Shown here: piece after piece, positions 44,596-57,436 of the stretch
How positions within the stretch are numbered: the stretch's first letter is position 1
Layout of the letters: each line of letters starts with the position of its first letter
Origin: Octopus vulgaris
Lineage: Eukaryota
Assembly: GCA_951406725.2 (NCBI GenBank)
Contig: OX597821.1
Location: 20,646,001-20,710,000, forward strand
Reading direction: 5' to 3'
DNA: 64,000 nucleotides
Made by a program: the position numbers and the translations under genes
Notes under the pieces: model-generated
What the model saw: only the letters and a program-made list of their open reading frames with translations
The model's database searches: none
Told to the model about the DNA's origin: nothing

Positions 44596-45419
44596 CCAGA
44601 ATAAATTTTGAGAGTGAAATAAGAAAAATTAGATATTTTTTTTATGGGGTAAGTAATTGAGTAATATTTCCTGCTGCAGTTATACTTTTGTAAATTAGTG
44701 AAACTGAGAACCTCAGTACATAAGCAAGATGTAATGATGGTAGGCTGAAACAGCAGACGTCAAAGTGTCGTTAGAAGAGAGTATATTGGTGTACGATTGC
44801 TTACTAATAAGCACTGAAAATTTTGATTTTCACTACGGTCTCGAAAGGTTCTTGGATAAATGTCAGTTGTCGGGATGATATTTGAAACACAAACATATAA
44901 AAATTTACCAGTCTTCTATAAACTATGAAGCCAACAAGCCACTCTCTTTATGATTCCTCTACTTGGAATAAATAGCATTTGCCATAGGTTGACGAAAGTC
45001 TAAGACCTATAGTTTTCAAATTTAACAACCCATCTCAACAATAAGACCTAACAGCATAGGAATTTAGTGAAAGGCTCAGACCAAATTTCCAACTGAAAAA
45101 TCCCATGACTTGTTTTTCTGTTCTTTGTTTAAGTCACCAATTACGGAAGCACAGAAATAAGGTACATGGAAACACAGAAACACCAAATGCGGAGTGAGGG
45201 AAATAATAAATAAATGGTTCAATAACCCAAATTGATAAAGATTTATTTTATGGTTAATTCTCTCTCTCTCTCCTTCTCTCTCCCTAAATATATATATATC
45301 ATAGAAAATGAATACAAAATGTATTTATAGATGATGAGTAAAGCATCGACTCAGTTTAGTGGCAGTTGGGGATAATAGTGTTAATAAAATAGGAGATGGA
45401 AAGTGTATTAGACTTTATT

Positions 45420-45467
45420 GAGTACAACACGTTTCGACCCGTCGAACTGGGTCTCTTCAGGAACATC
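45420..45467 (-). ncRNA. Type I hammerhead ribozyme motif, canonical core
   Basis: Minus strand: gatgttc-CTGAAGA-gaccc-agttcgac-gggtc-GAAA-cgtg-TT-gtactc. 5-bp stem II, minimal stem III, imperfect stem I. In a ~230-bp insert between (TA)n tracts. Confidence 0.7.
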
Positions 45468-45530
45468 AATACAAAAATCGCAATATAGATTTCTTGTGTC
45501 GGATTGCTTGTATGTCCATCAAATTCGTGA

Positions 45531-45578
<48 letters not shown>

Positions 45579-45729
45579 TATCATGCTTTTTTCGTCTCAG
45601 CCATGCGTCTGCGGTCATGCTGGAGCACCACTGTGATTTTACCGCTTTCCTCTGGCTGACGGGAAGGGGATTCACATCATATCATCACTACAGTGTATGT
45701 TTGGGTTCCAGCCGTTGCCCCATTGGTGT

Positions 45730-46000
45730 TTCAGGATGTCGGGTTCAGCTACCCTCATTTGTATTTCATCTCAGGTCGTTGGTTCATCCGGTATTACGGA
45801 AATGAGAATGCCTAGTTCTTTTCTGAAGGCATCTACGTCCTCACTATAATTATTTCTTAATTTTTGTGGTTTGGTATTAAAGAACTGTTGACGTTTGTAC
45901 CCTAGGCTATTGCAGTACCTGGTGCTCAATTTAAATGGGATGGGTGGCACCATCCCATTTATGACGTAGGGTGAGGCGAATTCTAAAGTAATGTACTGGG
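45730..46000 (-). mobile_element. 3' fragment of an APE-RT LINE
   Basis: STRYCNSLG...FN..P..LRN...DAFRKEL...IPDEPT, the same C-terminal type as the 36080 element. Confidence 0.7.
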
Positions 46001-46226
46001 CTGTTCTTTGGAATAAACGGTGAATGACTGTTTCATATATATTCAAATTATTAGCAAACTGAAACATTGTAACGTCTGAGAATGCTAAGTGTGATGTATA
46101 AGGATATAAATCTTCAGTGGAACTACGTTAACTGTTGTTTATGAGATACATCTCTCTCCTTCAATTATTGGATTATAGCTATATCATTACAAATACACAT
46201 ACACACAAATACTCATCTATGTGTAA

Positions 46227-46257
<31 letters not shown>

Positions 46258-46465
46258 TGTGTGTTTATGTGTTTGCGTGTGTCTGTGTGCGTCGAAAATA
46301 TTACCAGTATTTCTCGGCCCTGTCAACCATAGATTACTAAACTCAGTTAAATATTCTTTATGTGATTCATATGTTCTTAAAATCTATTCAATTAAAACGA
46401 TGTATATATACACACACATACACACAGATGCCTATAACAATATATGAAAATGTGCGTATGTTTGC

Positions 46466-46529
<64 letters not shown>

Positions 46530-46530
46530 A

Positions 46531-46619
<89 letters not shown>

Positions 46620-47093
46620 CGTGCATTTATATATGTATGTATATACATGCGCATATGCGGATAACTGTTTAGACATAGACATGTACAACTAATCCCCACA
46701 AAGACCATACATTGTATACGTAGATAAGTACGAACACTCACATATAGACCATAGAAAAGCCAAAGAGAATGAGAATGAAAAATAAGAAACTGATATTAAA
46801 CTATCACTTGACACTTTTGGTGAGAAAAAACAAATCTAATCTCAAGCATTTTTTATCTATGGACCTCTTTGGTAAATATTATACCCGGACGGACAGCCCT
46901 AGACATTCGCTGTTAATGGAATCTTGTAATATTTTTAAAATGATATATCTTTAAGACTTGAATTAAAATAGCTATTGAAATATTTTGTGTATTCTAGAAT
47001 TCCAAGAAATCATTGCAGATAAATTATAACAATAGAATCTCTCCGGACCATATGGACCCCGGTGGAGAACAAATGATTACACACACACACACT

Positions 47094-47143
<50 letters not shown>

Positions 47144-47167
47144 GAGAGAGAGAGATAACATATCTGC

Positions 47168-47204
<37 letters not shown>

Positions 47205-47289
47205 TATATGCATATATATATATATGTGTGTGTATATATATATATATATGTGTGTGTATATATGTATATATATGTATATGTATATGTAC

Positions 47290-47322
<33 letters not shown>

Positions 47323-47581
47323 CATCACAAACTGTAAAGAACATAAAATACGAACATAAGCGAATTAAATACGCAAACAACGAGAGAAAAATTGAAAACA
47401 GGAGAAGTAACAGAATGAACGACCTCTCATCAGTTGTCGTCTGTCTATCAACTCATTTCAACCATTCAACAACAATACAAGTCTTCGAAGGCACTTGCTC
47501 CCGTAACTTACAAAATATATTTTGGATTTTATGGTAGATCAAAGTTAGGAACAAAAACAGGACAGTGAAGACATACAAGGA
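47323..47581. mobile_element. (TA)n-associated short repeat, family X
   Basis: A-rich body and CTCTCATCAGTTGTCGTCTGTC block; bounded by (TA)n. Confidence 0.5.
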
Positions 47582-47604
47582 AATATATATATATATATAT
47601 ATAT

Positions 47605-47741
47605 AATATTAAAGTTAAAATGAGGGTGAGAAATTGGATATTAATTAGATAGCATCAATTTAATACCAGTGATATAGCATATTAAAAAACTGAGGTTCAG
47701 TAAATAGTATTACATACATATGAGAGAGATTACCACTATCC

Positions 47742-47750
<9 letters not shown>
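47605..47750 (-). mobile_element. Short insert related to the 50401-51690 hammerhead element
   Basis: GAGGGTGAGAAATTGGATATTAATT resembles AAGGGTGAGAGAATTAGATACTAATT; ATGAGAGAG..CACTAT resembles ATAAGAGAG..CACTAT. Short inverted end CTCTCATAT. Confidence 0.55.
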
Positions 47751-47778
<28 letters not shown>

Positions 47779-48399
47779 ACAATGATTTTATGATGAAATT
47801 ATTAACTAGTTAATACATCGCTACGCGAGTTTCCAAAAGTCACATGATTTTAAGATCAGAGTCGGTATCTTTGGGAATAGTACATTATAGTCAATCCGTT
47901 TGGGAGCATGGTTAGCTTGCTGGTTAGACATCTGATAGCAAAACTCTCTCCCGCTTCACGAATTTCATCACAGTATCGGCCACTTCAAAAGTAGGTTTAA
48001 CTGGCTTTGACCTCAGTCGTAGACATTTTTCTGAAAATCTGGTCTCGCTCGGAGCTGCAGTGTGCATTGTGTCCTGTCGTGTTCTCTTGCGACATGTGTC
48101 ACTCGTCTCTCAGATGGGTATCTATATCATGACGTCATAATCAGAAAACAGTAAAAATTTTAATTTCTTTGGATATGACGAAAGATGTCTACATCACACA
48201 CGCACACCCACACACTCTCTCTCTCACACACACACACGCGTGCATATATATATATATATATATATATTTATTATATAGAAGGAGTTTACAACAGAACTGT
48301 TTCATATATATATATTTCTCTTGATATATAGTCCTGTATTCTATATAATAAATTAATTTTACATGTATAGATACCTTATTTACATAATCAACCGGGACC

Positions 48400-48526
<127 letters not shown>

Positions 48527-48573
48527 TGTATTATGTATGTATGTATGTATGTATGTATGTATATGAATATATA

Positions 48574-48636
<63 letters not shown>

Positions 48637-48867
48637 GTTTTCACGCTATCTACCTGACAATTTCTTGTTAAGTTTTCCTTATTAAGTAGTTGTCCTTAAT
48701 TGCTAAATTTTTATTCTGAAAAAACTTTTCCTTTCCCGAAATGCAATTCGTAAAAATATGCCATTTACCGGATGTAATATATGTAAACTCACCCATGTGC
48801 TTCGTTGATGTTGATCAGTTAGCTGATCGGCTTAAGTGGGGCAGGGTCGTTTATTTATGATACATTC

Positions 48868-48915
48868 AGGCCTGCTGATGAATACGTAAGTATGAAATCA
48901 CTGTGATACAGGTCT
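48868..48915 (+). ncRNA. Type I hammerhead ribozyme, fully canonical core
   Basis: aggcctg-CTGATGA-atac-gtaa-gtat-GAAA-tcactgtga-TA-caggtct. 7-bp stem I, 4-bp stem II with GNRA loop, stem III atca/tgat. Predicted cleavage after A48908. Confidence 0.9.
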
Positions 48916-49005
48916 ATATTTTTTAAATGTCTTACTTTGAAAAATTGCATTCGGTGGGATTAGTAATATTTTTGATAGAAATGACTAATTGTCCCTCTTA
49001 GCGTG

Positions 49006-49069
49006 TGGCATGTATGTATAATGCCCTCTGGCATGTATGTATAATGCCCTCTGGCATATGTATAATGCC

Positions 49070-49072
<3 letters not shown>
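49006..49072 (+). repeat. 23-bp tandem repeat, 3 units
   Basis: TGGCATGTATGTATAATGCCCTC twice, plus a 21-bp variant. Confidence 0.9.
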
Positions 49073-49131
<59 letters not shown>

Positions 49132-49799
49132 AAAATAAAGTGACGTCCCAAACGACATTACCAATCAAAATCTGATTCTCAACCAAAACATTAATATGAA
49201 AACAAAATCTTTTTTTGACCAAACACATTGACCAAAAGGAATAAGACGTCATAAAAATAATAACGAATCCAAAATTAGATCCTTTTGCTTAAAAGTACGT
49301 ATTTACACAATATATACTCTGATTCCACCAAAACGCCATTGAAGGCGAATAGAAGAGGACGGGAAAATGAACTACACAAAATGATAGAAACTAAAAAAAA
49401 ACTAGTTTTTTGTCCACTTTTTTTCTCACTCTTGTCCATGTATTTGATAAAAACTCGATATCAGCGAACTTTTAGTAATGTACTATTTATCACCGAACAT
49501 TTACTTTGGTACTATCTATCCTTCTCATTGAATTCTATTTGAACATTTGAACTTTTAAACATGTTTATTCGATTTCTACTTCGTAAATTTAAAATTGGTT
49601 AAAATCCCTTTGATGAACAAATGGTTGTTGAAATTAGTTTATGTATGTAAATAAGACTTATAAGTTTATGTATGTAAATGCAGTTATTTAAAAATAACTA
49701 CATGCTTTTCAAATTCAGGTGCATTATCAAAAACCAATTCTCATATATACATCTATCTATCTGTTATTCTATTTATCTATCTATCTATCATTCTATCAT

Positions 49800-49845
<46 letters not shown>

Positions 49846-49902
49846 CATCCATCCGTCCATCAATCCATTCGTCCATCAATCCATTCATCCATCCATCCAT
49901 TC

Positions 49903-49961
<59 letters not shown>

Positions 49962-49976
49962 AATCAATCTCTCTCA

Positions 49977-50053
<77 letters not shown>

Positions 50054-50056
<3 letters not shown>

Positions 50057-50382
50057 CGGAGATGTACTCGCATAGCAAGTAATTTGATCTGAGATCGTGT
50101 GCTGAAACGAAAACAATTGCAGCGTGGGAGGTGTTTATAAGCCATTTAAAAACACACAAAAGCCGTTCGATTCACTCCAACATTTGTAATTTGTCAAAAT
50201 ATTGTCGCTAAAATCGCGACCTGTTCACTGACAAAGTCCGTGCTGCACGGACTTTGTCAGTGAACAGGTCGCGATTTTACACGAAAATATTTTGACAAAT
50301 TAAACTTAAATGTTGGAGTGAATCGAACGGCTTTTGTGTGTTTCTTAAATGGCTTATAAACACCTCCCACGCTGCAATTGTT
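50054..50382. mobile_element. Palindromic (TA)n insert with ~132-138-bp arms, 1-nt spacer and one-sided tail (Penelope pLTR-like)
   Basis: 50112-50243 is inverted at 50245-50382; an extra ~58 bp is present on the left only. Confidence 0.8.
50253..50299 (+). ncRNA. Hammerhead-like motif with G3:C8 core swap
   Basis: tttgtca-GTGAACA-g-gtcgc..-GAAA-atat-TT-tgacaaa. The mirrored copy at 50190-50235 (minus) retains stem II gtcgc/gcgac. Confidence 0.55.
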
Positions 50383-50556
50383 ATATATATATATATATAT
50401 AAATAATAAATATAAGAGAGTGGTCACTATATGACTCACTCTAGCACTAGTAAATCCAAAAGGTTTCAACCACAAAATACATGTTTCCCATGAAAGTCAG
50501 TACGATTGTTAGCTCACACGAACAGGGCAAATAAAAAATAACAAAAATACAGATTA

Positions 50557-50637
50557 TTTTGGGACAATTGTTTCGCTATTAATGAATTAAATGTAATTTT
50601 ACTCACAAAAAATCCACTTGTAGCTTCTCAGCCAAAA
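50557..50637 (-). ncRNA. Hammerhead copy with G8A change (CTGAGAA)
   Basis: Reverse complement of 51340-51420 with one core substitution. Confidence 0.65.
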
Positions 50638-51339
50638 CTATCTGGATGAAATCCACTCAATCACACGCCAGATTTTACCATAACGATAAATACACGTGTG
50701 GTTCAATTGATTACATCCGACGTTATAATTAAATGCCTACAACAGCGCGCCAAACTTTCACGGAAACAAATACTACATTTAGAAATAAATGTAGCATAAT
50801 TATAATTAATTAATAAGGGTGAGAGAATTAGATACTAATTTAATAGTATATCTATTCAACACCAAGTGGACCAGTGCCCCGAGAAACCTGGATTATTATA
50901 ATATTTTATAATATATTATAATATTTTATACAAAAATCGTACTGACTTTCATGGGAAACATGTATTTTTGTGGTTGAAACCTTTTGGATTTACTAGTGCT
51001 AGAGTGAGTCATATAGTGACCACTCTCTTATATTTATTTTTGTATAAAATATTATAATATATTATAAAATATTATAATAATCCAGGTTTCTCGGGGCACT
51101 GGTCCACTTGGTGTTGAATAGATATGCTATTAAATTAGTATCTAATTCTCTCACCCTTATTAATTAATTATAATTATGCTACATTTATTTCTAAATGTAG
51201 TATTTGTTTCCGTGAAAGTTTGGCGCGCTGTTGGTAGGGGCATTTGAATTATAACGTCGGATGTAATCAATTGAACCACACGTGTATTTATCGTTATGGT
51301 AAAATCTGGCGTGTGATTGAGTGGATTTCATCCAGATAG

Positions 51340-51420
51340 TTTTGGCTGAGGAGCTACAAGTGGATTTTTTGTGAGTAAAATTACATTTAATTCATTAATA
51401 GCGAAACAATTGTCCCAAAA
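51340..51420 (+). ncRNA. Type I hammerhead ribozyme with a long stem II insert
   Basis: ttttgg-CTGAGGA-gcta..(42 nt)..tagc-GAAA-caattg-TC-ccaaaa. GUC cleavage triplet; palindromic stem III/loop ACAATTGT. Confidence 0.8.
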
Positions 51421-51748
51421 TAATCTGTATTTTTGTTATTTTTTATTTGCCCTGTTCGTACTGACTTTCATGGGAAACATGTATTTTTGTGGTTGAAACC
51501 TTTTGGATTTACTAGTGCTAGAGTGAGTCATATAGTGACCACTCTCTTATATTTATTTTTGTATAAAATATTATTATATATTATAAAATATTATAATAAT
51601 CCAGGTTTCTCGGGGCACTGGGCCACTTGGTGTTGAATAGATATACTATTAAATTAGTATCTAATTCTCTCACCCTTATTAATTAATTATATATATATAT
51701 ATATATATATCAGTGGAGTTAAAGACAGATGCTATTCAAATTCTTTTA

Positions 51749-51836
51749 CTTCTGACATATGTTTCGAAGACAACATTGGTATTATTATAAAGGAATTAAA
51801 ATGGAGTAAAACAATGTAATCTTCGCATCAGAGAAA
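51749..51836 (-). ncRNA. Type I hammerhead motif with A9C change
   Basis: Minus strand: tttct-CTGATGC-gaaga..acattg..caatgt..tcttc-GAAA-catatg-TC-agaag. Confidence 0.65.
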
Positions 51837-53899
51837 GGAAGAAAGAAAGCAAACTCATCAGTAAGACATTTTAACAGAATATGATGGATGTGTATAATGA
51901 TGAACGGAACGCTATAATTAAAGGAAAAATAGGGCGATATGTGAATTAAGATAGAATCTTAAAGGCTTGGAAATACATATATCTAGTTGATGTGAAATGT
52001 AAGACGAAAATCAATTTTTCAAATTATATGTAATCATAGATACCACTTATATGAACTAAATTTATTTTTCTGCCTATGTTTACATCAATAAGTACGCTTT
52101 ATAAACGTGTTTACAAGGGGATTCTTGTAAAATAGAATAGAAAATAGTCCACTATTACAGAGTTGGCAGAATGCTTTGCCTTTATCGTATGGGAATGACG
52201 TGGAAATAACCAGCCAATTTAATCAAGCAATGAATTGTTTATTATGGTCTCTTAGATACCAAATTAATTTACTAAGCCCTGTACTGTTACGTTTATTACT
52301 ATCTCTAAATATAGAGTAATGATTAAAATTCTTTTATATAATTGTGAAGAACTACCAATATGAAAAAAGCATTTCTAATCATTACTCTAATCTTTATTCT
52401 ACATGCTGACACTTGAAATATTTCTGTGTATTTATGTTGTTGTATGTCAGCTTAGACAAGTAACTAGATACTTTAAGGCTCATAAGTTTAAGATAACGAT
52501 TCTACCCAAAATATGCCCTTATTGAGGAATATATGAGCCGTCAAAATATTTTTAACAAGTTACGAATATGTATAACTACGTAGATGAAGTGGTTTCGAAA
52601 TTTCTGGGGCAACATGCATCCAATCTTAAATCTCTTTGCAATTAACTTGTTCCACCTGTAGTCATAATTTGTATCTCGAAAACTGGCTTTCAGATTCACA
52701 CAATGCTAATTTTCTGACGACAACAAACGAAATGAACCCGCCCTTGTACGGAGCTGAAATATTTACGTGATTTAACCAAGCCATCACGATCTCTCCTAAC
52801 CTTACAGTACTCTTACATATCTCTGTATGAATCTCGTCCAGCGAAAGATGATTGAGTAAAATACATGTTTTTTAAAGCTATATTACGTTAACAATTTTAC
52901 TATGATAAAATTAGATAGCAGGCCATTATTGACACCAATCAAGATAGAAGTAATTGGAGATAATTCTTGACTCCAATCAATAACTAAATACATATGGTTG
53001 ATATTAATTTTAAATAAACCTAGGAAATACCTGCTGTGCATGTGGTAATGTAATAACTGTACTTAAGTAACCCAGATTGTAACAAAACTAGAATATATCA
53101 AGCTCATCAAAGAGTTGGATACATATTTTCCAAGCTAACAAATAATTAAAATTCGTAACACACCAACCGCATCTTATGAATAACTGATAACATACTTAAC
53201 GTTTGGATACCGTGGGAATTTAATACTTATTAATACATAAACGAAGGTGTTGAGTGAAAGTTCTTATCATCGGAAAATACTAAATCAAGGAGCAGGCATT
53301 GAACTCACTTGTTTGTACCTTGCTTGTATACTGAAATATGAAAAAAGTAACTGAAAGGGAAAAGAAACTCTTCATAAGGAAGAACTTAAAATCACTCTAG
53401 TATAATATAAAAAATAAACGTTGATCAGAAGTGACAGTGAAGTGCCAGCAAACCCAAAATACAAACAAAAATATCGATTTTGTCACGTATCTGTGGATGA
53501 CATTACACAGAAACGCACATACGCATCAACTCAGATACATATGATCTCATAGACAAACAATTATACATACGAATAAATACTTCCCGTTAATAACAAAACA
53601 ATTTTTTGCGTAAAACGTTGACGAGAGAGCTTGATCTAAACAAAAATCAGATGTAAAGCAATATAATATATCAGTACAGCGATATCAAAAAGGAAATTAA
53701 AAACAGAAAATTACATTCTCAGTAGATTAACATATTTCTCATATTTCTCATAATAAAGTTGAGAAGGCACATCATCATCACAATGACAATGACATTCCTA
53801 AGAGAATTCCCTTTCTCGCTGCCAAACCGAACGCACTCGGAACCATTTGATATCTCACTAAGACAACTATGCTAAATTCGTTTATACTATCATTCTGCA

Positions 53900-54470
53900 G
53901 TAGACTGGAGGCTTGAAATTTTGGTGGAGGGTACTAGCCGATTAAATCGACCCGAGTGCATAACTGGCACATAAGTTATCGATTCTGAAGCAGTAGAATT
54001 TGAACTCAGAACGTAGAGGGACAAAATTCTGCCATGCATTCACCCAGTGTGCTAATGATTCTACTAGCTCAACACCTTTAAGGGTTTCAAATTTTGGTAC
54101 AAGCACTGCAATATTAGAGGAATATTAAATCCATGTTATTCGCCTCATTGCTTGACTGGTATTTATTTTTCGAACCTAAGCAGATGAAAGATAAATCGAT
54201 GTTGGTAGAATTTGAATATATGATGTAAACCAGAAAGAAATTCGTTTGTAAATTATTGTAAGAATGCGGCAGAATCCTTAGCACACCGGATAAATTGCAT
54301 AAGGGCATTTCGTCCGTCGTTATGTTCTGAGTTCGAATTTTTCCAAGATCGAACTTGCCTTTCATCCTTTCGAGCTTGATGAAGTAAGCACTAGCTTTAC
54401 ACTGGGGCCAATGCAATCGACTTATTCATTCGCCCAGAATTGCTGGCCTTGTATCAAAATTTGAAACGAA
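53900..54470. mobile_element. SINE family 2 cluster (minus 53900-54077, minus 54083-54220, plus 54263-54470)
   Basis: Repeated head, B-box and GCCTTTCATCCTTTCG blocks in both orientations. Confidence 0.8.
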
Positions 54471-55054
54471 TATACAGCACGAATGTTAAAATGAATGAAA
54501 TTATTATTAAGCGTAGAATTTAAAATAAAATTACGTAACTGTGCTATTCAATTCTTTAGATATTCTGTTGGTTGTATCAAAAATATTTTTTGTGCAAATT
54601 ACTTCGTATAGAGCTTGATGTAAATAAAAGAAATCCAGTTTACATCAATAATTATATGATAAATATTTCAAACTATTAAAAGTTACCAGAATCTAAATAA
54701 TCAGCAAAATTTTATTTCGATTATCTTTTCTAAGTTGCTGTTAAATTATCATATGTGTGTATATTTTTATATAGATTTGCATTTTTGTCTAGAAAGTATT
54801 AACATATAACCGTGAGATCTACGAGCAAAATAGACCAAAGAATGAATGTTTTATGTGATCATTTGAGAAGGTAGACATACTGCTGAACTCCTACAAAACC
54901 CTATGTCCCTTCATCTTAGCAAAAGAGCTTTTCTTATGATATTTCTACCTGGCAAACAGGGTGAGTTTTGGAATTCTTTTCAACGTACTTTTACTCGATG
55001 AGGGCTGACAAGCGTATTCGGCTGCGCAGACGACGAGACCGACAACAAATAGGA

Positions 55055-55673
55055 ACAAGGTTCAAAATTTTGCGGGAGGGGCCAGTCGATTAGATCGAGA
55101 CCAGTACGCAACTAGTACTTAATTTATCGACCGCGAAAGAATGAAAGGTAATGTAGGTCTCGGCGGAATTTGAACTCAGAACTTAAAGACAGACGAAATG
55201 CCGCTAAGCATTTCGCTTAGCGTGTTAACGTTTCTTATTTCTTTACACAAGAAGCTACACATAGAGGGGACAAAAATGAACAGACAAACAGATTAAGTCG
55301 ATTATATCGACGACAGTGCGTAACTAGTCCTTATTCAATCGACCCCGAAAGGATGAAAAGTCGGCCTCGGCGGAATTTGAACTCAGAACGTAGCGGCAGA
55401 CGAAATACAGCTAAGCATTTTCGTCCAGCGTGCCAAAGTTTCTGCCAGCTCGCCGCCTTAAGTTACACTATATATTACACTTTATTGCCCATAGGAGCTA
55501 AACATAGAGGGGACAAACAAGGACAGACAAAGGGATTAAGGCCATTATATCGACCCCAGTGCGTAACTGGTACTTTTTAAATCGACCCCAGTGCGTACCT
55601 GGAACTTTTTTAATCGACCCCGTAATGATGCTAACGTTTCTGTCGTGCTAACGTTTCTGGCAGCTCACCGCCT
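55055..55673 (-). mobile_element. Three SINE family 2 copies in tandem (55055-55230, 55233-55457, 55480-55673)
   Basis: Repeated TCGACCCCGAAAGGATGAAA..CTCGGCGGAATTTGAACTCAGAAC blocks. The last two copies carry a different 3' tail. Confidence 0.85.
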
Positions 55674-56480
55674 GAAGTTACACTAGATATTATTTGCAAA
55701 AAAGGGCTCAAAAAATGTTCATGTGGTATACTAAGAACTATCAGTTGTTATTCATCCGAAAAACATCGACTCATCTTTAAATTGAAACGCATTAAGTAAT
55801 ATAGATTTAGATATTCTATGTCTGAAACATAAATTGCATCTAGACGTCTAGATAGTCTTTTAGCAAAAGTCCGGTTGTGATGAGGGTGTTCTGAGAATAA
55901 ACAAAATACAATAACAACAGAGCTAAACAAACAAATATCCAGTGTGGACACATATGCAAATAAACAAATATAATCATTTTTATCACAAGACATTATTATC
56001 TTTACGGTAAATATGAAAGGAATATATAGCAAAAATATTGAATATATAATGTGAAACGTTTAAATTACTAATGTTATATTACACAACAACAAGAAAATAT
56101 ACTTATTGTACAATAACAAGTTTATATATACGTTGTGCAACAACGACAACAACCATGTGAAGTGCTATTTAATAATGAGGACAGCAGAATCGCTGAAACG
56201 TGAGAAGAAGACAAAATACGATGAGTTGGTTGTTTAAAAGATGAATAAAGATAGTGTATTAATATATCGAATATGGAACGTAGGATTATATACGCGCACA
56301 CGCGCGTATACAGGAAAACATACGTAAGTGTCTGTGCGTCAGCATATATGAATTTATGTGAATAAATTAAATGGGAGTGGAAGATTATTGGAAAAACACA
56401 TTGAAATACATTCATGTATTCAAGTACTTCTAAATATATATACATACATAGGATACATATGTACATACATACATACATTG

Positions 56481-56516
<36 letters not shown>

Positions 56517-56602
56517 GTGTGTATATATGTATACATATATATATATGTATATATATATGTGTATATGAGTGTATATATATATATATATATATACAGGTAC
56601 AC

Positions 56603-56634
<32 letters not shown>

Positions 56635-56887
56635 GTATACATATATATATATATATATATTGACATATATTCCTACGTATATGTGTGTATGTGCGCGCGC
56701 GTGTGTGAGTGTATATACATTATGTCATTGTTAATATGTGTGTCGGGTGTTTGAGTATGAAACTTCGAATAAGTATAGTAGAAAATATGAATGATAATTT
56801 TCATTTTGCTATCTGTTTATATTTGAAGTTTTATGCATTGAATATAAATATCTTGTTTTATTATAAGAAGGATATATTAGACATCAA

Positions 56888-56998
56888 AGTGCATTCAGTA
56901 TATATTTTTATTCATACGTATACATATACATATTCATGCATACATACAGAATATGGTACAGTAAAAATGAAACTGAAGCGTAGAAAAATTTCATATAC

Positions 56999-57058
<60 letters not shown>

Positions 57059-57116
57059 CTCTATCTATCAATCTATCTATCTATTTCTCTCTCTCTATAT
57101 ATATACATATATATAT

Positions 57117-57186
<70 letters not shown>

Positions 57187-57345
57187 ATCTATCTACTTGT
57201 CTATCGTCCCATGTAACCATCTATCTATCTATACACACACGCACACATATAAATAAATGTATATATACATATACATATAGTAGTATATTAATATATTTCA
57301 AACATGGTACATGTATATAGACATGTATAGATAGATATATATATT

Positions 57346-57436
<91 letters not shown>

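Larger units (their letters stand above)
50401..51690. mobile_element. Hammerhead-containing ~520-535 bp monomer: one inverted copy plus ~1.45 tandem copies in (TA)n
   Basis: Copies at 50401-50936 (minus), 50935-51455 and 51456-51690 (plus); tandem period 519 bp. Confidence 0.85.

Noticed and set aside
49006-49072. 23-bp partly palindromic repeats as a CRISPR array
   Set aside because: No spacers, no cas genes, eukaryotic context.
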